A stretch of 32,570 nt of DNA, from assembly GCA_003449515.1 (NCBI GenBank), contig DMHI01000281.1, forward strand, positions 1 through 32,570, read 5' to 3'. This DNA comes from Lysobacteraceae bacterium. Its GTDB lineage: Bacteria > Pseudomonadota > Gammaproteobacteria > Xanthomonadales > Xanthomonadaceae. Shown piece after piece: positions 16,844 through 25,423 of this stretch. Every line of letters begins with the position of its first letter. Position 1 is the first letter of the stretch. Made by a program: the position numbers and the translations under genes. The notes beneath the pieces were generated by a model that did not search any database, was not told where the DNA came from, and saw nothing but the letters and a program-made list of their open reading frames with translations.

Positions 16844-17728
16844 CTAACGCAACGCGCGCTGCCGCTGTGCCGTCGAGCGGATGGCGAACACCCCATCGAG
16901 CTTGCGCCCAGCGCGGAAGCCGGCGTGTTCCAGCCGCTTGATCACCTCGCCCGGCACGTCACGGCCGCTGGTTCGGGCGTTCGGTGCGCCGGTGTAGTGG
17001 AACAGCGGTGCCCCCGGCTTCAGCACGCGCGCGAGCTCGGCGTAGAAGGCCAGCGAATACAGCTCGCCGGCGATGCCGAAGCGTGGCGGGTCGTGCAGGG
17101 CGGCATCGAAATGCGCATCCGGCAGGGTCGCGATCAACCGCGACACGTCACCTTCGTGCAGGGTGAAGCGGCCCGCCCACGCCGGGGCGTCGGGGCTCGG
17201 CGACCACGGGTTGAGCCGGCGCAGCCAGACCACGTCGGGGTTTTTCTCGAAGCTCTGCACCTGGGCCGCACCGTTGTTCAGCGCATGCGCGGCGTAGTAG
17301 CCCAGACCGCCGCAGCAGTCGAGCAGGCGACGGCCACGCGGTTGCACCAGCGCGACCTTGGTCGCGGCATCGTCCCACGGCGACACCCGCGCGGTGGGCA
17401 GCATCTTGATGCCGTCGATCTCGAAGGTTGGCGGGCCCCAGGCGGTGGGGACGAGCTTGATCAGGCTGCCGCCGTAGCGTTGCACCGGCTGCCAGTCGAG
17501 ACCAGCCGCGCCCGGCAGCGGGGCATACAGCGTGCGCTCCTTGAAGCGGCTGGCCGGGTTGGGCCACGGCCAGCGCGTGCCGCGCCACTCGAAACCGGCA
17601 GGGTCGAGCGCGACGGTGTCGATGCTGCGGTCGAGATCGAACGAGCCCCGCCACACCGCGTCGCCGCGGTCGCGGGCCGCGAGCAGCGCAGCAAGCCGCT
17701 CGCGATCCAGCAGCGGGGCTGCGCTCAC
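16844..17728 (-). CDS. Class I SAM-dependent methyltransferase, COG2521-like, 294 aa
   Basis: PTFEIDGIKM, motif I LLDCCGGLGY, FEKNPDV..NPWS, HDPPRFGIAGELYS, LFHYTGAP; GTGA overlap with the upstream gene. Confidence 0.82.
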   Translation of the reverse strand: MSAAPLLDRERLAALLAARDRGDAVWRGSFDLDRSIDTVALDPAGFEWRGTRWPWPNPASRFKERTLYAPLPGAAGLDWQPVQRYGGSLIKLVPTAWGPPTFEIDGIKMLPTARVSPWDDAATKVALVQPRGRRLLDCCGGLGYYAAHALNNGAAQVQSFEKNPDVVWLRRLNPWSPSPDAPAWAGRFTLHEGDVSRLIATLPDAHFDAALHDPPRFGIAGELYSLAFYAELARVLKPGAPLFHYTGAPNARTSGRDVPGEVIKRLEHAGFRAGRKLDGVFAIRSTAQRQRALR

Positions 17729-17961
17729 GTCAGGAAGCGCGCTTCCACGGTGCCTTTCAACGTGATCGTCATCGGCCGGCCGCGGCGGTCGAGCGCCTTG
17801 CCGGCCGGCACCCGCAGCCAGCCCTCCGACACGCAGTATTCCTCGACGTCGGTGCGTTCGTTGCCGTTGAAGCGGATGCCGATCCCGCGGCCCAGCGCCT
17901 TCGGATCGTGGAACGGCGAGCGCGGATCGTTCGACAGGCGATCGGGGGCGGTGTCGCTCAT
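17725..17961 (-). CDS. DUF3297-family small protein, 78 aa
   Basis: PDRLSNDPRSPF, GIRFNGNERTDVEEYCVSEGW, ITLKGTVE. Confidence 0.85.
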   Translation of the reverse strand: MSDTAPDRLSNDPRSPFHDPKALGRGIGIRFNGNERTDVEEYCVSEGWLRVPAGKALDRRGRPMTITLKGTVEARFLT

Positions 17962-17971
17962 GGCGATGCGA

Positions 17972-18040
17972 TCAGCGCAGGCTCTTCAGGCGGGCGGCGC
18001 GACGGCGCGAACGGGACTTCTTGTTGACGGACTTCTTCAT
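17972..18040 (-). CDS. Putative 22-aa highly basic micro-protein MKKSVNKKSRSRRRAARLKSLR
   Basis: ATG..TGA ORF below the ORF-track cutoff; GAGG RBS 8 nt upstream; host-preferred codons (AAG, TCC, GTC, AAC, CGC/CGT, CTG); ends 10 nt before the DUF3297 start. Confidence 0.6.
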   Translation of the reverse strand: MKKSVNKKSRSRRRAARLKSLR

Positions 18041-18064
18041 GGCGATGGCCTCGGGGTGGGAAAC

Positions 18065-18084
18065 GGGGCGCGCATTCTCCCACA
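18065..18084 (-). promoter_or_regulatory. Putative extended -10 promoter with GC-rich discriminator for the micro-ORF/DUF3297/methyltransferase operon
   Basis: Minus strand reads TGTG-G-GAGAAT-GCGCGCCCC just upstream of the micro-ORF RBS. Confidence 0.4.
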
Positions 18085-18166
18085 GGCGGGGCCGCGCGCG
18101 GCGCTATCGCCGGTATCCCATGCCGCAGGCTACGCTGCCGGGGATATCCGGCACTGGAGCCCGCCC

Positions 18167-19009
18167 TTGGCCATCGTCGTCGCGCTGCTGGTGGTGATCG
18201 CGCTGCTCATGGTGATCGGCGCGGTGTTCGCCGTCGGCGGGGGGCGCCGTTCAGCGCCGATCGAGCGCGATTGGGGACCTGCCGAAGCGCGTCTGGCCAC
18301 GGCCACCTTCGACGGTGATCGGGTGACGGTGCACAACGTGCGCCATGCGGTCTACCGCAGCACCACCGATTTCGACGTGCATTGGGAAACCCGCGAGTAC
18401 GACCTCGCCACGGTCGCCAGTGCCTGGTTCATCGTCGAGCCCTTTGCCGACTGGCGTGGTCCGGCACACACCTTCGTCAGTTTCGGTTTCGCCGATGGCC
18501 GCTATCTCGCGGTCTCGGCCGAGATGCGCAAGGAGCGCAACGAGAGGTTCTCGGCGCTGCGCGGCCTGCTCCGCACCTACGATCTGATGATCGTGGTGGG
18601 CGACGAGCGCGACCTGATCGGTCTGCGCGCGCTGCACCGCCGCGACGATGTCTTCCTGTACCGGTTGCGCATCATGGCGGTCGAGGCGCGCGCGCTGCTC
18701 GAGGCGCTGCTGCGCCGCGCCAACGCGCTGGCCGAGCGTCCGGCGTTCTACAACACGCTGTGCGCGAACTGCACCACCACCATCACCGACGAGATCGAGG
18801 CACTGGCGCCGGGTCGGGTGCCCCGCAGTTGGCGCCTGGTCCTGCCCCGCTTCAGCGACGACCACGCTTTCGACCTCGGCCTGATCGACACCGACCTGCC
18901 ACGCGCGACCTACCGCGAGGCCCACCGCATCAACGCGCTGGCGGAAGCCGCCGCTGGCGCGGAGGATTTCTCGGCCCGGCTGCGTCCGCCTCGCGCGCCA
19001 CCGTGGTGA
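18167..19009 (+). CDS. DUF4105 (Lnb N-terminal-like) membrane-anchored protein, ~280 aa
   Basis: TTG start with a TGGAG RBS; N-terminal TM; VTVHNVR, AHTFVSFGF, SAEMRKE, DERDLIGLR, FYNTLCANCTT (His/Cys motifs of the family). Confidence 0.8.
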   Translation: MAIVVALLVVIALLMVIGAVFAVGGGRRSAPIERDWGPAEARLATATFDGDRVTVHNVRHAVYRSTTDFDVHWETREYDLATVASAWFIVEPFADWRGPAHTFVSFGFADGRYLAVSAEMRKERNERFSALRGLLRTYDLMIVVGDERDLIGLRALHRRDDVFLYRLRIMAVEARALLEALLRRANALAERPAFYNTLCANCTTTITDEIEALAPGRVPRSWRLVLPRFSDDHAFDLGLIDTDLPRATYREAHRINALAEAAAGAEDFSARLRPPRAPPW

Positions 19010-19067
19010 CGCGGGCCGGGTGCGCGGTGATTGAGAAACCGGCGTCGCTTCGGGCATCGTTCGCGCC

Positions 19068-19364
19068 ATGGATTCCGCCACCACCATCGGCCTTGTCGCC
19101 GCGTTTCTCACCAGCGTCGCCTTCGTGCCGCAGACCATCCGCAACTTCCGCCGGCGCCAGGTTGGCGATCTGTCGTTCTTCACGTTCGGCACCTTCACCG
19201 CCGGCGTCGTCGCCTGGCTCGCCTATGGCCTGATGATCGACAGCCTGCCGGTGATCGCCGCCAACTGCTTCACGCTGGCGGTGAGCCTGCTGAACCTGTG
19301 GCAGATGTGGGCATACCGCGGCAACCCGGCACCTTCGCACGACACTCCCCCGACCTCCGGGTAA
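19068..19364 (+). CDS. SemiSWEET / PQ-loop family transporter, 98 aa
   Basis: IGLVAAFLTSVAFVPQ, DLS, WLAYG, PVIAAN; three TM helices. Confidence 0.88.
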   Translation: MDSATTIGLVAAFLTSVAFVPQTIRNFRRRQVGDLSFFTFGTFTAGVVAWLAYGLMIDSLPVIAANCFTLAVSLLNLWQMWAYRGNPAPSHDTPPTSG

Positions 19365-19399
19365 AGTCGGCGCGTTTTCCCGCCAACGGACCGCCCTCG

Positions 19400-19909
19400 A
19401 TGCGCCTCACCCCGACCCTCGCCGCCCTTGCCGCCGTCATTGCCGGCATCGCTTTCACGCTCTCCGCGCCCGCCCACGCCGGCGAGGCGGCAGTGCTCGA
19501 ACTCAAGGACAACGAGAGCTTTCTGCTGCCGATCGATGAGCCGGGCAACCGCCTGCCCGAATACCCGGCCGCCGTGCTCGCCCAGCAGGCGGTGCCGGCA
19601 GCGGTGGTCTGCATGCGCGTCGACATCGACGCCGAGGGGGCCGTGAGCTATGCCGGGCCGCTGGTGCGCGAGCCGGAATGCCCGGCAATCACCGAATTGA
19701 CCAAGCAGTTCGCCGACGCCTCCGCGGCGACGCTGACCACCTGGCGTTTCGAGCCGGCGATCAAGTGCGTGTTCCGCAGCCGGCGCGCCAAGGAGGCCGC
19801 AGGCATGAGCTGCGCGGGGGGGCGCGAAGTGCCGACGCCCACCACGCTCACCTTCCGCTTCCTGTTCGAGCAGGTCGACGGCCGTGGCGTGGTGCGGATG
19901 CAGCGTTAA
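19400..19909 (+). CDS. Exported protein with a TonB C-terminal-like domain, 169 aa
   Basis: Signal peptide ending AHA|G; PEYPAA, VCMRVDIDAEGAV, FADASAATLTTWRFEPA resemble TonB_C motifs. Confidence 0.6.
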   Translation: MRLTPTLAALAAVIAGIAFTLSAPAHAGEAAVLELKDNESFLLPIDEPGNRLPEYPAAVLAQQAVPAAVVCMRVDIDAEGAVSYAGPLVREPECPAITELTKQFADASAATLTTWRFEPAIKCVFRSRRAKEAAGMSCAGGREVPTPTTLTFRFLFEQVDGRGVVRMQR

Positions 19910-20502
19910 CGCCCGGCACCGGCCACGATCAGCCCGCTGAGGTCGTAGCCGCGCGCTTCGGCGCGCTGCCGCAGGCGGTCCAGCAGGGCCGGTTCGATCG
20001 CTGGCTCGCGCGCCAGCACCCAGAGCGCGCCGCGCGAGGGCCCGCCCACCACGGCCCAGCGGTAGTCGGGGTCGAGGTCGATCACCCAGTAGTCGGCCCA
20101 GCCGAACGGCAGCCAGGCCAGAGCCGGTGGCAGAAAGCTCACCTTGAGCGCGCCGGGGCGATCGGTGGTGCGGGCGATCCCGCGGGCTTCGATCACCCCG
20201 CCCTCGGCGTCGACGCAGCGGTTGCGCACCGAAATGCCGCCATCCTCGAGTGCGGCGTAGGTGGCCGTGGTGTCGCGCGCACAGCGGCGCTGGAAAAACA
20301 TCGGCAACCGCGCCACCTCGTGCCAGACACCGGCATAGCGCGCGAGATCGACAGCCTCGACGGGCGCGTTGGTGCTGCCAGCGGGCAGCGTTGGCGGCAT
20401 CAGCGCAAGGGCGGGCGCCGGTTCCGACCGCGCCGACACGGGCGCGGGCAGGGCGGCGAACAGGACGGCCGCAAGGAGGGCGGCGCGCGACAGGTGGCTC
20501 AT
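19906..20502 (-). CDS. Bacterial lipocalin (Blc family), 198 aa
   Basis: VDLARYAGVWHEVARLPMFFQRRC, LKVSF, DYWVIDLDPDYRWAVVG, LWVLAREP; GGAGAG RBS. Confidence 0.9.
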   Translation of the reverse strand: MSHLSRAALLAAVLFAALPAPVSARSEPAPALALMPPTLPAGSTNAPVEAVDLARYAGVWHEVARLPMFFQRRCARDTTATYAALEDGGISVRNRCVDAEGGVIEARGIARTTDRPGALKVSFLPPALAWLPFGWADYWVIDLDPDYRWAVVGGPSRGALWVLAREPAIEPALLDRLRQRAEARGYDLSGLIVAGAGR

Positions 20503-20585
20503 GGTGGTCGGCTCTCCGATGCGCGGCGGGAGCGCGCTCGCCGATACGCTGGGCGACAATGCGTGCAGTGCATGTGGAGGATGGG

Positions 20586-21374
20586 ATGGGCTGGCGGGCG
20601 TGGATCCGGGCGATCGGGCGCGGCATCGCGTGGCGGCACGCGGGCGTCGCGGTGCCCGCGCGTCTGATCGTGCAGGCCGACTGGCGCACCGCCGAACTGC
20701 GTTTCAAATCGGGCACCGCGCAGAGCCGGATGTCGCGCTGGGCGCCCGATCGCCTGGTGGTCGACTACACGCGCACCATGCTCGGCGCGCTGCTGCTGGT
20801 GCCCGATCCGCGCAGCATCGGCATGGTCGGTCTGGGCGGCGGCTCGCAGGCGAAGTTCCTGCACCGGCATCTGCGTGGCGCGCGGCTCGAGGTGTTCGAG
20901 AACGACGCCGATGTGCTGGCGCTGCGGCGACGCTTCCGCATCCCCGATGACGACGCGCGCCTGGCCGTCCGGCACGCTGATGCCGCCCCTGCGCTGCGCG
21001 GGCGCGTGGCGGCTTACGACCTGCTGCTGGTCGATGGCTACGATGTGCATGGCATCCCCGAGGCCCTGTCGACGCAACGCTTCTACACCGACTGCCGGGC
21101 CAGCCTGCGGGCCGGTGGCGCGCTGGCGGTGAACCTCTACGACACCGCCCATGCCGTGCACCTGCAGCGCCTGCGCATCGCCTTCGGTGCCGCGAACGTG
21201 CAGGTGGTGGAGGAAGCGCGTCAGAGCAATCGCGTGGCCTTCGCCTGGGTGCCGCCGCTCGCCGGTAACGCCGCCAGTGCCGTTCCCGCGCTTGAAGCGC
21301 GCGGGCTGCGCGAGCTGGCCGATGTGTTCGCCCGACTGCGCAGCATCGGCCCCAGCGTGGCCCAGACGTGCTGA
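20586..21374 (+). CDS. Spermidine-synthase-like SAM-dependent transferase, 262 aa
   Basis: GGAGG RBS; QSRM..PDRLVVDYTRTM, MVGLGGGS, YDLLLVDGYD, GGALAVNL. Confidence 0.8.
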   Translation: MGWRAWIRAIGRGIAWRHAGVAVPARLIVQADWRTAELRFKSGTAQSRMSRWAPDRLVVDYTRTMLGALLLVPDPRSIGMVGLGGGSQAKFLHRHLRGARLEVFENDADVLALRRRFRIPDDDARLAVRHADAAPALRGRVAAYDLLLVDGYDVHGIPEALSTQRFYTDCRASLRAGGALAVNLYDTAHAVHLQRLRIAFGAANVQVVEEARQSNRVAFAWVPPLAGNAASAVPALEARGLRELADVFARLRSIGPSVAQTC

Positions 21375-22114
21375 GCGAGCACCGGCTGGGCGTCGGCGGT
21401 GGGATGCAGGCGGTCGGGCTGGAAGGCACTGTCGTCGAGAGCGATCGGCTCCAGCAGGAACGGCAGGTGGGCCACGCCCTCGGCGCGTGCAAGCTCGCCG
21501 AACATCGTGAAGAAGGCCGACGTGTAGGCCGGACCGTAGTTCGGCGGCAGGCGCATGCCGACCACCAGCACGTCGCTGCCGCTCGCCTTCGCGGCACGCA
21601 CCATGCGTTCGAGATTGCCGCGGGTCTGCTCGAGCGGAAGGCCACGCAGGCCGTCGTTGGCGCCGAGCGCGAGCACCAGCAGGGCCGGTTGATGCTCGGC
21701 CAGTGCGGCATCGATCCGGGAGACGCCGCCGGCGGTGGTTTCGCCGCTGATCGAGGCGTTGACCATCCGGTAGCCGGGGGCCTCGCTGCGCATCCGCGCA
21801 TCCAGCAGGGCCACCCAGCCCTGCTCGGCGGCGAGGTTGTAGGCGGCCGACAGCGAATCGCCGAAAACAAGGATGTTGCGCGTGGCGATGACCGCATCCG
21901 GCGCAGGGCTGGCGGCGATCGGGGCCACCGGTGCGCTTTCGGCCGCCGCCGCGCTCGCTGCCGACGGCGTGTCGCCGCGCTCGGCATCACCGGGTCCGGC
22001 GCAGCCCGCGAGGGCCGCCAGCACAAATCCCAGTGTCAGCGCGCGCAGCGCCGTGACGCCCTGTTGAGGCGCCAGCGCCCACAGTGCGTGATATTCCCCG
22101 CTTCGATCCGCCAT
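21221..22114 (-). CDS. tesA: SGNH/GDSL arylesterase-thioesterase TesA, predicted lipoprotein; start uncertain
   Basis: GDSLS, NASISGETTAGG, LGANDGLRG, PPNYG, DRLHP; lipobox LAGC; divergent from ybbA. Confidence 0.82.
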   Translation of the reverse strand: MADRSGEYHALWALAPQQGVTALRALTLGFVLAALAGCAGPGDAERGDTPSAASAAAAESAPVAPIAASPAPDAVIATRNILVFGDSLSAAYNLAAEQGWVALLDARMRSEAPGYRMVNASISGETTAGGVSRIDAALAEHQPALLVLALGANDGLRGLPLEQTRGNLERMVRAAKASGSDVLVVGMRLPPNYGPAYTSAFFTMFGELARAEGVAHLPFLLEPIALDDSAFQPDRLHPTADAQPVLAQHVWATLGPMLRSRANTSASSRSPRASSAGTALAALPASGGTQAKATRLL

Positions 22115-22823
22115 GCCGATGACCGCCCTGATGAGTCCCGAGATGCTCGCCGCCGCCACGCCCGTCCTGCAGGTGGAGGGCTTGGGCAAGCAGGTGGCGC
22201 TGCCCTCCGGGCCGCTGACCATCCTTTCCGATGTGGGATTCAACATCGCGCCGGGTGAAGCATTCGCCATCGTCGGTGCCTCCGGTTCAGGCAAGAGCAC
22301 CCTGCTGTCGCTTCTCGCCGGGCTCGACGTGCCCAGCAGTGGTGGCGTGCGCCTTGCCGGGCAGGACCTCGGTGTGCTCGACGAGGATGGCCGTGCGGCC
22401 CTGCGGGCGGCGAAGGTCGGCTTCGTGTTCCAGAACTTCCAGCTCTTGCCCGCGCTGACCGCCCTCGAGAACGTGATGCTGCCGCTCGAACTGCGCGGCG
22501 ATCGTGACGCCGAGGGCCCGGCGCGCGAGGTGCTGCGCCAGGTGGGCCTGGGCGAGCGGCTCACGCACTACCCGCGCCAGCTCTCCGGTGGCGAGCAGCA
22601 GCGGGTGGCGATCGCGCGCGCCTTCGTCACCCGCCCGGCCCTGCTGTTCGCCGACGAGCCCACCGGCAACCTCGACACCGGCACCGGCCAGCAGATCATC
22701 GACCTGCTGTTCCGTCTGAATGCGGAAGCCGGCACCACGCTGGTGCTGGTGACGCACGACGAGCGCCTCGCCGCGCGTTGTGGCCGCCAACTGCGCCTCG
22801 CCGCCGGCCGGGTGCAGGCATGA
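22113..22823 (+). CDS. ybbA: ABC transporter ATP-binding protein, YbbA-like (start could be 22119, 22131 or 22143)
   Basis: Walker A GASGSGKS, signature LSGGEQQR, Walker B LLFADEPTGNLD, H-loop VTHD; tesA-ybbA-ybbP arrangement. Confidence 0.88.
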   Translation: MPMTALMSPEMLAAATPVLQVEGLGKQVALPSGPLTILSDVGFNIAPGEAFAIVGASGSGKSTLLSLLAGLDVPSSGGVRLAGQDLGVLDEDGRAALRAAKVGFVFQNFQLLPALTALENVMLPLELRGDRDAEGPAREVLRQVGLGERLTHYPRQLSGGEQQRVAIARAFVTRPALLFADEPTGNLDTGTGQQIIDLLFRLNAEAGTTLVLVTHDERLAARCGRQLRLAAGRVQA

Positions 22824-25423
22824 GCGCCGGCGATGGCGCGGTTCCCGCTCGCGCTGCTGCGCCGCGTCGCGGCGGGGCGTGGCGACTGACCCTCCGCCAG
22901 GCCCTGCGCGACCTCGCCGCCGGCGAAGTGCGGCTGCTGATCGCCGCGCTGGCGCTCGCGGTCGCCTCGGTCACCACCATCAGCTTCCTCACCGATCGCG
23001 CCGAACGCGCGCTGGCGCTGGAGGCCAACCGGCTGCTCGGCGGCGATGCGGTGCTGCGCGCCGATGCCCCGCTGCCGGCCGAAACCCTGGCCTTGGCCGA
23101 GCGCCCGGGCCTCGATGCCGTGCGCACGGTGGAGTTCCCGAGCATGGTGCGCGTCGGCGAGCGCCTGCGCCTGGGCGAGCTGCGTGCGGTGGGCCGCGAG
23201 TTCCCGTTGCGTGGCGTATTCGTCATCCGCGACGGGGCCGGCCAGCGCGAGGTCGCCGCTGGCCCCGAGCCCGGCAGCGTCTGGTTGACCCGCAGTGGCG
23301 CGAACACCCTCGGCGCGCGGCTCGGCGACGATGTGAGTCTGGGTGACGCGACGCTGAAGCTGGCGGCGGTCATCGAGCAGGAGCCCGATGGCGCGCTCGA
23401 CTACTTCAACGTGGCGCCGCGGGTGGTGATGAATCTCGACGACCTCGACGCCACCGGCCTCGTGCAGCCCGGCAGCCGCATCGCCTATCGGCTGGTCGTC
23501 GCCGGGGAGCCCGATGCGGTCGAAGGCTTCACCGCCGACGTGCGCGAGTCGCTGGGCCGTGGCCAACGGCTGGAAACCAGCGCCGATGGCCGTCCGGAAA
23601 TCCGCCGCGCGCTCGATCGCGCCAGTCGCTTCCTCGGGCTGGCCACCCTGGTCGCGGTGGTGCTTGCCGCGATCGCGGTGGCGATGGCGGCGCGTCGCCA
23701 CAGTGCGCGCCACCTCGACGCCTGCGCGGTGATGCGCTGCCTCGGCGCCAGCCAGGCCACCATCGTGCAGGTGCAGGTGGGCTCGCTGCTGCTGCTCGGC
23801 GTCCTTGGCAGCACGATCGGCGTCGGCGTTGCCTGGGCACTGTCGTTCGCCATCGGCCACTGGCTCAGTGGCGCGCTCGGCATCGCCGTGCCGTCGTCGG
23901 GCCTGACGCCGCTGCTCGCCGGCTACGGCGTCGGCCTCACCGTGCTGATCGCCTTCGCCGTGCCGCCGGTGCTCGCCCTGCGCCGGGTGCCGGCGCTGCG
24001 CGTGCTGCGCCGCGACCTCGACCTCAAGGAGCCGAGTGCCGCGCTGCTGGTGCTGCTGGCGCTGGGTGGCTTCTCCGCCCTGCTGTGGTGGCAGGCCGAT
24101 TCGCCGGAACTCGCCGGCGCGATGCTGGGCGGCCTTATCGCGACCTTCGCCGTGCTCGCGCTGCTCGGCTTCGCGCTGGTGCGCTTTGTGGGCCTGCTGC
24201 GCCCGCGGCTGCGCGGGCCGTGGCGCTACGGCCTCGCCAACGTCAGCCGTCGCTCGGCCACCACGGTGGCGCAGGTGAGTGCGCTGGGCCTCGGTCTGAT
24301 GGCCCTGCTGGTGCTCACCTTCGTGCGCACCGACCTGCTGTCGCGCTGGCAGGACGCGCTGCCGGCCGACGCCCCGAACCGCTTCATCATCAACGTGCAG
24401 CCCGAACAGGTCGCGCCGCTGAAGGCCTTCATCGCCGAGCAGGGCATCGCCGATCCCACGCTCTACCCGATGATCCGCGGCCGTCTTGTCGAGCGCAATG
24501 GCGCGCCGGTGAGCGGTGCCGACTTCGCCGCCGATCAAACCCGTGCGCGTCGCCTGGCCGAGCGCGAGTTCAACCTGAGCAGCGCCGATGCGCTGGGCGA
24601 CGACAACCAGATCATCGCCGGCACGTTCTGGGGCGATACCGCCGATGGCCGTGGCGAACGCGGCGGGGCCGGCGCGCGTACCGCCGCGAGCGCCATCGCC
24701 GTCGCGCCCGGCACGGTCGAGATGTCGGTGGAGGATGGCATCGCCGAGACGCTGGGCTGGGCGCTCGGCGACACCGTCACCTTCGACATCGCCGGCACAC
24801 GGCTGGCCGGCACCATCACCTCGATCCGCGAGGTGTCGTGGGAGAGCTTCCGGCCGAACTTCTTCGTGCTGGTCGCGCCCGAGGCCATGGCCGGCCTGCG
24901 CGGCAGCGCGATCACCGCGATCCACCTGCCGGCGGGCCGCGACGACTTCACCCGTGCGCTGAACGACCGCTTCGCCAACCTGTCGGTGATCGACATCGAC
25001 GCCATCCTGACCCAGGTGCGCAGCACGGCCGACCAGGTTTCGACGGTGGTGGAAGCGGTGTTCTACGTCGCCCTGCTGGCCGGCGCGCTGGTGCTGCTGG
25101 CGGCGGTGGGCGCCAGTCAGGACGAGCGCCTGCGCGAGGGCGCGGTGATGCGTGTGCTCGGCGGCAGCCGGCGCCAGCTCAGGCTGGCCCAGGCCGGCGA
25201 GTTCGCGGCACTGGGCCTGATCGCGGGGCTGGTGGCGGCCATCGCCGCCACCACGCTTGCCGGGGTGCTGGCGGCGCAGGTGCTGGAGTTGCCGTGGACG
25301 CCCGATGTCCGCCTCGCCGCCACCGGTGCCATCGCCGGCCTGCTGGTGGCCCTGCTGGCCGGGCTGTGGGCGACACGGCGCATTCTCGACGCGCCGCCCT
25401 CAGTGACCTTGCGCGAGCTCTGA
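22820..25423 (+). CDS. ybbP: FtsX/MacB-like ABC permease, YbbP-like, 867 aa
   Basis: ATGA overlap with ybbA; LLGGD, PNRFIINVQP, REFNLS, SIREVSWESFRPNFFV; two sets of TM segments. Confidence 0.88.
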   Translation: MSAGDGAVPARAAAPRRGGAWRLTLRQALRDLAAGEVRLLIAALALAVASVTTISFLTDRAERALALEANRLLGGDAVLRADAPLPAETLALAERPGLDAVRTVEFPSMVRVGERLRLGELRAVGREFPLRGVFVIRDGAGQREVAAGPEPGSVWLTRSGANTLGARLGDDVSLGDATLKLAAVIEQEPDGALDYFNVAPRVVMNLDDLDATGLVQPGSRIAYRLVVAGEPDAVEGFTADVRESLGRGQRLETSADGRPEIRRALDRASRFLGLATLVAVVLAAIAVAMAARRHSARHLDACAVMRCLGASQATIVQVQVGSLLLLGVLGSTIGVGVAWALSFAIGHWLSGALGIAVPSSGLTPLLAGYGVGLTVLIAFAVPPVLALRRVPALRVLRRDLDLKEPSAALLVLLALGGFSALLWWQADSPELAGAMLGGLIATFAVLALLGFALVRFVGLLRPRLRGPWRYGLANVSRRSATTVAQVSALGLGLMALLVLTFVRTDLLSRWQDALPADAPNRFIINVQPEQVAPLKAFIAEQGIADPTLYPMIRGRLVERNGAPVSGADFAADQTRARRLAEREFNLSSADALGDDNQIIAGTFWGDTADGRGERGGAGARTAASAIAVAPGTVEMSVEDGIAETLGWALGDTVTFDIAGTRLAGTITSIREVSWESFRPNFFVLVAPEAMAGLRGSAITAIHLPAGRDDFTRALNDRFANLSVIDIDAILTQVRSTADQVSTVVEAVFYVALLAGALVLLAAVGASQDERLREGAVMRVLGGSRRQLRLAQAGEFAALGLIAGLVAAIAATTLAGVLAAQVLELPWTPDVRLAATGAIAGLLVALLAGLWATRRILDAPPSVTLREL

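Noticed and set aside
16925..18166. Apparent 694-aa DUF4105 fusion
   Set aside because: The upstream part is antisense to the methyltransferase, DUF3297 and micro-ORF; the TM segment and RBS point to a start at 18167
24631..24715. Low-complexity stretch in YbbP (DTADGRGERGGAGARTAASAIA)
   Set aside because: Looks like a variable periplasmic loop; no evidence for an inserted element or intein
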